Shown: positions 39,389 through 51,102 of the stretch, one piece after another
Layout of the letters: each line of letters starts with the position of its first letter
Numbering within the stretch: the stretch's first letter is position 1
Source of the DNA: Octopus vulgaris
Lineage: Eukaryota
Length of the DNA: 64,000 nucleotides
Direction: 5' to 3'
NCBI GenBank assembly: GCA_951406725.2
Contig: OX597819.1
Span: 55,304,001-55,368,000, forward strand
Notes under the pieces: generated by a model
Told to the model about the DNA's origin: nothing
Databases searched by the model: none
What the model saw: only the letters and a program-made list of their open reading frames with translations
Program-made: the position numbers and the translations under genes

Positions 39389-39638
39389 CTGCAAATTTGC
39401 TTGTAAGTTGCTTAACCTGCAAATTTGCTTGTCAGTCGCTTGACCTGCAAATTTGCTTGTAAGTTGCTTGACCTGCAAATTTGCTTGCCAGTTGCTTGAC
39501 CTGCAAATTTGCTTGTCAGTTGCTTGACCTGCAAATTTGCTTGTCAGTTGCTTGACCTGCAAATTTGCTTGTCAGTTGCTTGACCTGCAAATTTGCTTGT
39601 CAGTTGCTTGACCTGCAAATTTGCTTGTTAGTTGTTTG
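39389..39638. repeat. 28-bp minisatellite, about 9 copies (CTGCAAATTTGCTTGTCAGTTGCTTGAC)
   Basis: Unit starts at 39389, 39417, 39445 and so on to 39613. Confidence 0.95.
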
Positions 39639-40045
39639 GTCAAGTATGTTGAGCTTAGTACGTGCATTGCTGATCATAAGCGGGAGTAGTGGGGGAAGCA
39701 TCACAGCCATGTGTTGAGAAAGATTCTTGAATAATTCACCCCTGGAAATATAAATGTTTCATTCATCATCCTCAAACAACCCTTATTCAGGGACCTTTTG
39801 AGTGGCATGGGCACTTGACCTGAAGAAAATTCTAACTGGGCCCCTCTGCAAGGTCATGCACTGTTTATCTTGATATGAGGTCACCACGTTATGCACATAT
39901 TGTTGTAATGCATGTGTTGGTGTACCCATATCAAACAGGTAATCCTCATGGGTATATTAGGATTCATATATTTGTACCTCAGTGTCACTTTAATGGCATG
40001 CACTGTTCTCTCACTCAATACTACTACTACTACTACTACTACTAC

Positions 40046-40089
<44 letters not shown>

Positions 40090-40093
<4 letters not shown>

Positions 40094-40345
40094 TAAAGAA
40101 GGGAGCTGAGAAGTATATTAAACAACTTCCTGGTAACTCCAATCTCTGTGAACTACAAAAGATAACCTTCATGGTTACAGTCTATATACTATGGAAAGCA
40201 CTTTCCATAAATGGAATAAATGTAGTGATAATTTTAGCATGCATTGCAAGACAAAAGTGCTCTTGCTACTCTTGGCCTCCGGAGGATGCCCAGTACAAAG
40301 GTAGCTGAAATAAAGTTATAATGAAAAGAAACCATAAATAATAAT
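40090..40345 (+). mobile_element. Dong/R4-clade non-LTR retrotransposon 3' end inside an (AAT)n microsatellite
   Basis: MIKKGAEKYIKQLPGNSNLCELQKITFMVTVYILWKALSI matches the Dong/R4 C-terminal motif IPG....EIQKI.L.GTAHILRK.LS. AAT repeats lie on both sides. Confidence 0.7.
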
Positions 40346-40599
40346 GATGATGATGATGTTTTCTACTAAAGACACAAGGCCTGAAATTTTGGAGGAGGGG
40401 ACTAGTTGATTACATCGACCCGCCTTCCCCCCAGTATTTTACTGATACTTAATTTATCAACCCCGAAAGGATGAAAGGTAAAGTTGACCTCGGCAGAACT
40501 TGAAGACAGACAAAATACCACTAAGCATTTTGCCCGGTGTGCTAATGCATCTGCCATCTTGCCACCTTCAATAATAATGATAATCATAATAATCATAAT

Positions 40600-41017
40600 A
40601 CTCTTTTACTCTTTTACGTGTTTCAGTCATTTGACTGCGACCATGCTGGAGCACCGCCTTTAGTCAAGCAAATTGACCCCAGGACTTATTCTTTGTGAGC
40701 CTAGTACTTATTCTATCAGTCTCTTTTACTGAACCGCTATGTTACGGGGATGTAAACACACTAACATCGGTTGTCAAGCGATGGTTGGGGCGATGGTTGG
40801 GGGATAAACACAGACACAAACATATACACACATACATATATATACATATATACAACGGGCTTCTTTCAGTTTCCATCTAACAAATCCACTCACAAGGCTT
40901 TGGTCGGCCTGAAGCTATAGTAGAAGACACTTGCCCAAGGTGCCACGCAGTGGGAATGAACCTGGAACCATGTGGTTGGTAAGCAAGCTACTTGCCACAC
41001 AGCCGCTTCTGCGCCTA
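40600..41017 (-). mobile_element. Full-length family A SINE
   Basis: Reverse complement of the 3498-3902 type. Confidence 0.9.
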
Positions 41018-41607
41018 TGTTTCAAATTTTGACACAAAGTCAGCAATTTTAAGGTGGGGTAGGCCACTTGTATCAACCTTAGTACTTGACTAGCACTTTA
41101 TTTTATCAACCGCAAGAGGATGAAAGGAAAAGTTGACCTTGGTGGTATTTGAACTCAGAATCTAAAGGGCCGGCAGAAATGCCACTAAGCATTCTGTCTG
41201 ACATTCTAATGATTCTGCCAGCTCAATAATAATAATAATCATAATAATAATAAACCAAACACTTTACATGTGCTTAATGCAAAGAAACCTCTACATGATC
41301 ACTCAACCTGCTAGAAATAGTAGCTGTCCTTCAAATGACAGATTATAGTTTTTAAAAGAAAAGGAAAAGACTCATTATATATTTTTAGATATACTAAAAT
41401 ACAGGATGGTCAGAGTTAGAAGGCCTTTAATGTAAGGTCTACTTGATCAAATCTAACCTGAGGTTAAGCAATGAAAACAGCAACATTTGACAACAAGCTC
41501 AAAACCTGTCACCATCACCACCACCACCTCCTACACCCTCTGCTCCTTGTCTTCTTCCTCATCTAATTTATAGGAGTGACTTGGGAAAGCGTGAATGACA
41601 TTGATAC

Positions 41608-41655
41608 CTTTTTGAAATGCCATGATTCAGAAGAGTGTAAATGAAGACGTTCCAA
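41608..41655 (-). CDS. Candidate 48-nt exon of an unidentified minus-strand gene
   Basis: A very strong acceptor precedes it: ttttttttctttttgttttgtttattcctag|TTGGAACG...TTCAAAAAG|gtatca. It is open as LERLHLHSSESWHFKK (phase 0) or WNVFIYTLLNHGISK (phase 2), and also contains ATCATGG (MAFQK). Confidence 0.4.
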
Positions 41656-41794
41656 CTAGGAATAAACAAAACAAAAAGAAAAAAAAAACTGAAAACAAAA
41701 TGACAAAATTAATGTGTGTGTGTGTGTGTGTTGTTATAAATGTATGTATTTCATATATATACATATATACATACAAGGATGTTGAATAGTAGTG

Positions 41795-41856
<62 letters not shown>

Positions 41857-42149
41857 CTTGATGGCTGAGTATCAGGCAATTGAGGAAGGAGTATGCAGCT
41901 GTAAAAACAATTACTCCTACCAAAGCTATTCCTCCCATAACAAGCATGCAAGGATTTATGTAAAATAGCAAAATATATTTTTCTTTTAAATCCATAATAA
42001 ATATAACTGTTACAAGCTAAGTTGGGCAAGCACGCAATAGACACAACTAACTTACACTACTACTACATTGCTCATACTTATAACCATTCAAGGCTTCATC
42101 TTTTCTCTTCTTGTCATCCCAAAATAATACTTTACTACATTTCACCCAA

Positions 42150-43040
42150 ATGTCAGAATCTATATTCACCCTCCATTTAGCATGTTTGATGATGATTTCT
42201 TTGTCAGTGTCCAAGTTTCACTGTCATATTATATAGCATTGATTCAACAGTTGCAATGAACAGCTCAATTTTGATTTGCCTGGGTAATTTGGAGTTCCAG
42301 ACCTTCCTTTGTTTGAGACAGGTTGTTTGTGTTTGTGCCTCCCTGGTCTTGATGTCTGCTTCTGAATTGCTCCCTCAAAAACCGAAGGACTTGAAGTTTT
42401 CAGCAACATTCAATTTGGAAACGTTATGCATGGCCCTCCATTGATTTTTTTTTTGTTCTAGAATTGATATTAGCATCCGGCCATCCTTCCCTTTTACTGC
42501 CTTTTCTACTCTTACTCTCTTCTCGGATAGTAATTTAGTTGTGTTGCACAGCTCTTTCATGTTCTGGCACTGAGCTGCACTTACTGCTGTTGTTGCTAAA
42601 TTTTCGAAATATTTTCATTTGTCTCTTCTTAATTGTTTTTTCACTTTCTTATTTTGTTGGTTGTAATTTCCCTGACATCTATTTATCTTTACTTCTAAGC
42701 TTACCGATAGTAATTTTTCCTTTAGCTTCTTTCTTACTTCTATGGCTGTTAGTGTCTCTTGTGATATCCACGTCTTATTCTTTTTGTTTACACAACCTAC
42801 ACAATCTTCTAATAATGAAATAATTAGAAAAGACACACCAAATGTAGCGAAAAGTGCTTTACAGTGGAATCTGGATGGATATAAAAAGAAAGGTAGGCCT
42901 AAGAACTCGTGGCATAGATCAACACAAAAGGAACTAGAGAAAGGGGGACATTCATGGCAGAGTATAAGTACAGAAGCGAAAACTTATGCGACATGGAATT
43001 CAATTATAAGTGGCCTATACTGTCCATTGGTGGGTTAAAG
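42150..43040. mobile_element. RTE LINE remnant: inverted internal segment (minus, 42815-42150) joined to a plus-strand 3' end (42815-43040)
   Basis: Minus strand reads KKNKTWISQETLTAIEVRK...VKGKDGRMLIS. Plus strand reads AKSALQWNLDGYKKKGRPKNSWHRS...WNSIISGLY. Confidence 0.75.
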
Positions 43041-43054
43041 GCAGGGGAAAAATG

Positions 43055-43330
43055 CATGGCCCTAAATGTGAAATGGCAGCAACATATGACAAATGAATGT
43101 CTTTATGGAGACTTACCAAGAGTTAGCAAGAAGATCAGGCAAAGACAGCTGCATGGTCACTGCATGTGCCACCCTGAGCTGGAAGAATCCAAATTAGTCT
43201 TGTGGAACCCAGTTCAATGTGATGTAAGAAGACGGAAACATCATCACACTTACATTGATAACATGATTTCAGACACTGGCATGGAATGTATACTGAACCT
43301 TGAGAGAGTGGTGATAGACTGAGAAGTGTG
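43055..43330 (+). mobile_element. RTE-type LINE 3' fragment of a different family
   Basis: ALNVKWQQHMTNECLYGDLPRVSKKIRQRQLHGHCMCHPELEESKLVLWNP...TYIDNMISDTG. Confidence 0.75.
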
Positions 43331-43696
43331 GCGGGTGGACTTTGCTGTTGCAGCCTGGGTTGGAACCTGACCATGATAACACATAATAACATTCACCATT
43401 TGATCCAAGCTCTTCTTCCCTATGTCTTCAGTTTTGGGGGCTTGTTTCCACAACATCCTAGTAGTTTACACTTGTTTCTAATCTCTAACATGCAACAGTT
43501 CAAAATTTATATTAACTAACTAGGCTCAGGTAAGGGTGTGTGATTAAGAAGTTTGCTTCTCAAGCATATGGTTCCCGGTTCAATCCCACAGCATGTCACC
43601 TTGGACAAATGTTTTCTACTGTAGCCTTGGGTCAACCTAAGCATTGTGAGTGGATTTGGTAGATGGAAACTGAATGAAGCCCATCATATTTATATG

Positions 43697-43742
<46 letters not shown>

Positions 43743-46174
43743 CATATGTGTGCATATGCATGTGTGTATGTATGTGTATTACTGTCTCTTTGCCTTGATG
43801 ACATGTAATAGTCATAAATAAGTGTCACTGTAAAGCAGTGAAAACATTCTGATCATGGAGAAATATTATCTTACCTGGAAACAGTTGAGGGTTGGAGAAA
43901 GGAAGGGAATCCAGCCATAGAAAATCCACCTCAACAAATTCTGTCTGACCCATATATTCATGGAAAAATGCACATTAAAAAATGACGATGATGATAAGGT
44001 AAGCTAACTTTTCCTTCAGTCCAGGAAGGCCCAGCAAGATTTAGGAGTAATGATGCCTGGTCAACTAGAAGACTAACTGAAATAAGAGATGTGCCAACAA
44101 GGGAGTATCTATGTGGTTGCTCAACCAGAGAGAAAAAAGCAGTTAAATCTCCTTCAAATTTCATCCCTATTGTCTTAAATACAGGAAAGATATATTAGAT
44201 AATTTAGTTCCAGAGCAGGAACAAACTGAAAATGCTGCAGCCTTCATGAAGTAGAGGAAAATCCCAAATTCCAAGCATTTCAAGGGTACTGTCTCACCAG
44301 CCCACCAAAGGAAGGAAGGAAATATAAATTCAACTCTGTCAGTATTTGAATTCCGAAAACAAAGGGATGTAAGAGAATGAGTCAACTGGATGCAGCTGGG
44401 CAAAAACTGATGGTTGAGAATGGCTACTTAAGTAATTGTACATTTTAACACTGGTGCCACCTTGACTGGCTTAAAGCACCGACTAATTGTGGACATTGCC
44501 AGCCTCCCCTGGCCCATATGCCGGTGGCACGTAAAAAGCACCCACTACACTCACGAAGTGGTTGGCGTTAAGGAAGGGCATCCAGCTGTAGAAACACTGC
44601 CAGATCAGACTGGAGCCTGGTGCAGCCTCCTGACTTCCCAGACCATGGTTGAACCATCCAACCCATGCTAGCATGGAAAACGGATGTTAAACGATGATGA
44701 TCATAATGATGATGATGAAGTAAAAAAAACACACACACACATGCGCACGTGAGCATGCATCTACAAAAAAATATATATATATAGATAGATAGAGAGAGAA
44801 AGAGAGAAGGAGAGAGAGAGAGAGACAGGGAGAGGAAGAGGAGAGAGATGTTATAGTTTATTAACTGAACATAAACACAGTTTAACAACTGACATAAACA
44901 CTTTCCTTCTCATAAACATGAAGAAAAATATGCTCACACATATAAACAAAGAGAGAGGGGGAGAGAGAGGGGTGGGGAAATAGGGAGAGAACAAAAGAAA
45001 CATAAAAATGTCCGATGTCAAAAAAGGCAGCATCGAAGCAGCAATGCTAAAACAGCTGTGCCTAAATGTCTCATACCTAATACTAGCCTAGTTTATTGCC
45101 CACAGGGGGTTAAACACAGAGGGAACAAACAAAGATAGACAGACAGACAAAGGAATTAAGTTGATTACATTAACTCCAGTATTTAACTGGTACTTATTTA
45201 ATTGACCCCGAAAGGATGAAAGGCAAAGTCAACCTCGGCAGAATTTGAACTCAGAACGAAATACCGCAAAGCATTTCGCCTAGCATGCTAATGATTCTGC
45301 CAGCTCACCATCTTGCTTTGATTAATATTGTACAAAACAACATTAGGGAAGGGCTTAACCCTTTTGATACTAGCCCATCTGAGACCTCCTCTAATTCTAC
45401 AGTACAGGGTTTTCCTCCAACTTTTGAGTTTCATTTACCCCTTGATAACTTTTTGGATGTAGATTCTACCCCCATACTCTGTTTCATTCAGTAATTTGCA
45501 TTTGTATTTTCTATCATGATAAAACAACTAACACAGTGGAAAATTAAGATACTGTTTTTTCCTTTAAATGTTAAGTTAAAATAACAATAGCAATATAAAT
45601 AGAACATAACAATGTTATTTCACTTATTTATGAATTAAAGATGAACTTATATCAGAACAAAAAAAAAACAGTCTAAAAAGCAAAATTAGCATTTTTTCAC
45701 AAAATATGTGTTCTTCAAATTATTTTTCTCAGCCGAAAATTTTTGAAAAAATTCTAATTGAAGAAATAAAAAAAAAAAAAACAATGCACACATCAAGAAT
45801 CAAAAAATTTAACCTTTAGTTGGTTGAAATTAACCTCAATTTTAAGTGTTCAAATATAAATTTTAAAATTCCATCAGAATTTTATATTTTGTTAAGTCAT
45901 GTTTCAAACACTAGCTTAATAATGACAATGTCTGATATTTTATAAAAATCACCTCTGAATTTTTGATTAGCTTCAAAATTAGTTAAAATCAAAGTACTTC
46001 ATTAGAAATGGTGGTTGCAAAATTATTAAGATATAGCCGTCTTTTTTAAAAAAAAAAAAAAGAAAAAATCATAAATATCAATTGAAAACATGGATATTAA
46101 TTAATGATACATATGAACAGAGAGGATTGCATCAAACCATGGCTGCTCAAGCCTAAAAAAAAATAATAATAAAG

Positions 46175-46552
46175 AAGTTTCCACCCAACTACATGGTTCC
46201 GGGTTCAGTCACACTGTATGGCACCTTGGGCAAGTGTCTTCTACTATAGCTTCGGGCTGACCAAAGCCTTGTGAGTGGATTTGGTAGACGGAAACTGAAA
46301 AGAAGCCTGTCGTATATATGTACATAGATGTGTGTGTGTTTGTGTGTCTGTCATGTTTGTCCCACCAACATCGCTTGACAACCGATGCTGGTGTGTTTAC
46401 GTCCCCGTAACTTAGCGGTTCAGCAAAAGAGACCGATAGAATAAGTACTAGGCTTACAAAGAATAAGTCCTGGGGTCGATTTGCTCGACTAAAGGCGGTG
46501 CTCCAGCATGGCCACAGCCACATGACTGAAACAAGTAAAAGAGTAAAAGAGT
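46175..46552 (+). mobile_element. Family A SINE, 5' end clipped
   Basis: Homologous to 3520-3902. Confidence 0.9.
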
Positions 46553-47019
46553 AGAATAAGTACCAAACTTTAAAACAAAACCAAAGTACTGTGGTTGATT
46601 CACATGACCAACAATTCTTCAAGGCAGTGCCCCAGCATGGCCACAGTCTAATGACTGAAACAAGTAAGAGATAAAAAAGGATCTACATGGTTACTGAGCC
46701 AATGACAGGGTCTTTATGTGGTTGTATGACCTACTAAAAATAACAGCCAGATTTCCCATGTATCACACTCTACTGGTTTCAGAAAGGAAAACTACACTGG
46801 TTAATGTGGTCCTAAACACATTATGTTTCAATAAAAGCTAAGTGAAGAATGTCTTTCATCAGAGTGCACAGAATCAGAACAGATACCACATGACATTCCA
46901 TCCAATTCACTGCCAAACTGCTGCTTCTGCTATGTCTACCATTCTCCAAATGCATGGAACTACCACCACCATTAGCTGCTCAACTATTGTTCATCCTGTA
47001 TTGAGAATTGAGAACATCA

Positions 47020-47648
47020 TTCACTCTGTCTCTCTTACTCTCTCTCACTCTCTCATTGCTTCTAGTTCTCCCTCTCTTATTGTTTCTCTCTCTCCCTCTC
47101 TCATTGCTTCTATCTTTCCCTCTCACTTTTCTTCTCTCTCTCACTTTCAAACTTGCTTCTCTTTTTCTCACTCTCAACTTGCTTCTCTCTCTCTCCCTCT
47201 CTCATTACTTCTTCCTCTCCCTCTCTCTTTCCTTCTCTCTCCTTTTCTCCTTGCTTCTATCTCTCCCTCCTCTCTCCTTGCTTCTCTCTCACTCTCAACC
47301 TGTTTCTCTCTCTCTCTCACTTTCAACTTCTTTCTCTCTCTCTCACACTCTTTTCTTGCTTCTTTCTTTCTCTTTCACTCTCTCCTTGTTTCTCTCTCTC
47401 TCTCTCTCACTCTTTTCTTGCTTCTCTCTCACTTTTACTCTCTCCTTGTTTCTCTCTCTCTCTCTTTCAATCCCTCCTTGTTTCTCTCTTTCACTCTCTC
47501 TCTCTCTCTCAATCCCTACTTGTTTCTCTCTTTCACTCACTCTTCTCTCTCTTTCAATCCCTCCTTGTTTCTCTCTTTCACTCACTCTTCTCTCTCTTTC
47601 AATCCCTACTTGTTTCTCTCTTTCACTCACTCATTCTCTCTCTTTCTA
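47020..47648. repeat. ~630-bp CT-rich polypyrimidine tract with local higher-order repeats
   Basis: Almost purely C/T. TCAATCCCT.CTTGTTTCTCTCTTTCACTC recurs four times at 47467-47630. Confidence 0.9.
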
Positions 47649-47859
47649 AAGTCCCAAGTGACAGCACAGCAGCAGACACAACTTCTCTTGGCTCCTATCC
47701 CCATGCCCCATGCCCCACCTTTCAGTCCTCCCATAATGACACCACAAACACAGAGGCCAAAGCATCTGTCATCTTGAAATGTCTACACCAATTCATATCC
47801 CCATCTACTCATCCCCACCACCACTACCAACCACTACCACCACCACTGCCACCAACACA

Positions 47860-48075
47860 TTGACTGACTCTCTTCCAAACATTCTTTTCCTTGCCCCCAA
47901 AGCACAACCCCTCTCACACACCTCTATTTTGTCTTCTTCATCAATGACATACTTGATTGTTACTTCCAGTGAAACAGAGACTCCCTCGGAAGATTTACAC
48001 TGTCCTTCTTTCCTCGATGGATAATCTTTCACACAGCATCCAAGACATCTTACAGCATACCTTCACTACCAGTTT
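47860..48075 (+). mobile_element. Possible very degenerate Penelope-like RT fragment
   Basis: FFINDI resembles RYIDDI and PSFLD resembles LPFLD, in the expected order. Confidence 0.3.
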
Positions 48076-49058
48076 TCACACCTCTTCGGCAGTGGAGGTG
48101 TAAGAACTAGTCTCTCCCTCTCATGCCACCATCACTCTCGCAGTTTTATTACTCATAACAACACACACATACAATAAAATGTTACACAATCTCCACTTAT
48201 AAACAACACAGCAAAATTTTGGTAAGCCTCCTAAGCTATGATAATCTCTTATCAAGGAAGACAGTATTACAAAATGATCCAATTTGCTCCACCTTTTACA
48301 ACGGTGCAAATGTACCATATGCAAGCCATAATGGTCAGAGCTGTAAGAATCATCATCATCATCGTCATCATCATTTTATTTATCACTTGTTTCAGTCATC
48401 AAACTGCAGCCATGCTGGGGCACCGCCTTGAATAAATTTTAGTTGAAAATGAATCGAGCCCAGGACTTGTTTTTTAAAAGCCTGGTACACTTATTCTATG
48501 AGTCACTTCTGCTGAACCCCTAAGTTACAGGGATGTAAACAAACCAACACTGGTTCTCAAGCAGTGGTGGGAGATAAACACACACACATACACATACATA
48601 GCAGTAGCAGCAGTGTGTGTGTGTGCACGCGTGCACATGTGGGTGTATGTTTTTGTATCTGTGTTTGCCCCCACCCCACTGCTTCACAACCAATGTTGAT
48701 GTTTACATCCCCATAACTTAGAAGTTCAACAAAAGAGACCGATAGAATAACTACTAGGCTTTACAAAAACATAAGTACTGAGGTCAATTTGTTCAACCAA
48801 AATTCAAGGTGGTACCCCAGCATGGCCACAGTCTAATGACTGAACTGAGTAAAAGATAAAACATCTACTATAATAATACTCTTGTGTTTTTCTCCAATCA
48901 CAACATATGAATGAGAAAGGAAGGGGTGACAGATGAATAAGGAAGGAAGGGATGATGGCAATTCTATGGTGAAAAGAAAATATCAAACAGCATTTCAACT
49001 CTGTGTGAGTATACGTGTATATGTGTGTATGTGTGTAAAAGGGAAGTATGTGAATGTT

Positions 49059-49281
49059 CGCTATTTCTTTATTGCCCACAAGGGACCAAACACAGAGGGG
49101 ACAAGCAAGGACAGACAAAGGGATTGAGTCAATTACATTGACCCCAGTGCGTAACTGGTACTTAATTTATCGACCCCGAAAGAATCAAAGGCAAAGTCGA
49201 CCTCGGTGGAATTTGAACTCAGAACGTAACAGCAGATGAAATACCGCTTAGCATTTCGCCGGGCGAAATGCTTAGCGGTAT
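49059..49281 (-). mobile_element. Family B SINE with a 20-bp inverted 5' end and 13-bp TSD
   Basis: TSD gtatgtgaatgtt at 49046-49058 and 49278-49290. Foldback ATACCGCTTAGCATTTCGCC-G-GGCGAAATGCTTAGCGGTAT at 49241-49281. Confidence 0.85.
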
Positions 49282-50212
49282 GTGAATGTTTGTATGGATT
49301 GATGTCACATATCAAAATACAACCATCAGATAACATTGGGAAGTGAATTAATTTGAATTACCATCCATATTCTATCTTTTGTCCTTATTTATATATAAAA
49401 GACTTCAATTAGTGGCCATTTTTGACAGCATGGGGCCAGCTAGTAGATATATATAAACTCAGTATACACAATTTAAACAGCATTAAATCAAAATGAGAGT
49501 ATAGAACAAAATACCTTGCAGTACTTGTTCCAAATCTCTGAGCTCTGAGTTCAAACCCAACTGAGGTCAACTTTACTTTACATCCTTTCAAGGTCAATAA
49601 AATGAGGTACAGATCCAAGATGGTCATGCTTATATTCTCAATAATTACTGGAGCTAAGGCGGCAAGCTGGCAGAAACGTTAGCACGCTGGGTGAAATGCT
49701 TAATGGTATTTAGTCTGTCTTTATGTTCTGAGTTCAAATTCTGCCAAGGTTGACTTGGCCTTTCATCCTTTCAGGGTCGATAAATTAAGTACCAGTTGTG
49801 TACCAGGGTCGATCTAATCGACTGGCCCCCTCCACAAAACTTTCAGGCCTAGTGCCTAGAGAAGAAAAGAATAATTACTGGAGCTATTAAGGCAGTGAGC
49901 TAGCAGAATCGTTTGTGCACTGGATAAAATGCTTAGCAGTATTTCGCCCATTGCATCTTTCTAAGTTCAAATTCTGCAGAGGTTGACTTTGCCTTTCATC
50001 CTTTCAGGGTTGGTAAAATAAGTACCAGTTGAACATTGGGGTCGATGTAATCAACTCATCCCCAACTTCCCCTAAGTTGTCCTTGTGGCAAAATTTGAAA
50101 TAATAATTATTGGAGCTACTAATTTGCATACTCAGTGTGTGCAATTGAAAATGCATTAAATTTTAATTAGTGCACAAAACAAATACCTTTCAGTATTCGT
50201 TCCAACTCTCAC

Positions 50213-50226
50213 CAGTCTTGGAGGAC
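50213..50226 (-). CDS. Candidate 14-nt microexon B (GTCCTCCAAGACTG)
   Basis: cttctcattttttaag|GTCCTCCAAGACTG|gtgaga. An alternative donor AAG|gtattt would extend the exon to 50187. Confidence 0.35.
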
Positions 50227-50256
50227 CTTAAAAAATGAGAAGTCATTGGCACTTAC

Positions 50257-50270
50257 CATTCTCTCTCAGA
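50257..50270 (-). CDS. Candidate 14-nt microexon A (TCTGAGAGAGAATG)
   Basis: A long pyrimidine tract ending ...cttctactgtttag precedes TCTGAGAGAGAATG, which is followed by a consensus gtaagt donor. Confidence 0.5.
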
Positions 50271-50612
50271 CTAAACAGTAGAAGAAAAAAGAACAAAAAC
50301 ACAATAAAGTACTGCTTACAGATGGTGAGACAGAATAATCATTACACACACATGCACATGTGTGCATGCACACACATACACAAATGGGCAAACACACACA
50401 TGCATGCATACATAAACATATGCAAGGGCAAATGTTTATTCCAAGAACTTCCAGCCGTTTGGAATTCTTTACATTTTCCCTACAGGCATCAAGGCATCAA
50501 TCATCTTTTAGAAATTCTATCTGGACAGTAATTACATCAACTCCACAACTTTGGGAAAGCCTGACTAAGTCATGGGCACTGTTCCTTCTTTCTAAACTAA
50601 GACATGGATAAA

Positions 50613-50644
<32 letters not shown>

Positions 50645-51102
50645 ATATATATTCACACACATATACACACATCATATGACCTACATGACAGGCGATAAAA
50701 TCAACATGTGACACACAGATGTACACATGTAAGCATTTACTCAGATATGATCAGCAATGACACATGCACACACAAACACACACACACACACATACATGAA
50801 ACAAGCGAAAGGGGACGTCTCTGTAGTCACTCGATCTGCTAGAAATAGCAGCCAAATCTCCCCCAGACCACACTCTCCATTTGGTAAAAGGAGACAATGA
50901 ATAATGTAGTCCAAGGTTACATCATTCCTGGACAAAGAAAGAAAAAAAATACAGTGATCCTGGCTTGAATATCTTTTGCTCACAGGTCTTTTTTGACCAG
51001 TACCAACCTGGGGTTAAACAACAACAACCGAGAATGGAGTCAGGGTGAGAATCTGATCAATTACTCTGTTACAATCATCATGATATAATATACATAAGCA
51101 TA

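Noticed and set aside
39389-39638. CRISPR-like array
   Set aside because: The units are head-to-tail with no spacers, there are no cas genes and the context is eukaryotic.
46842-47863. 311-aa, 213-aa and 236-aa S/L-rich ORFs
   Set aside because: The CT tract lacks stop codons, so overlapping ORFs appear in all three frames.
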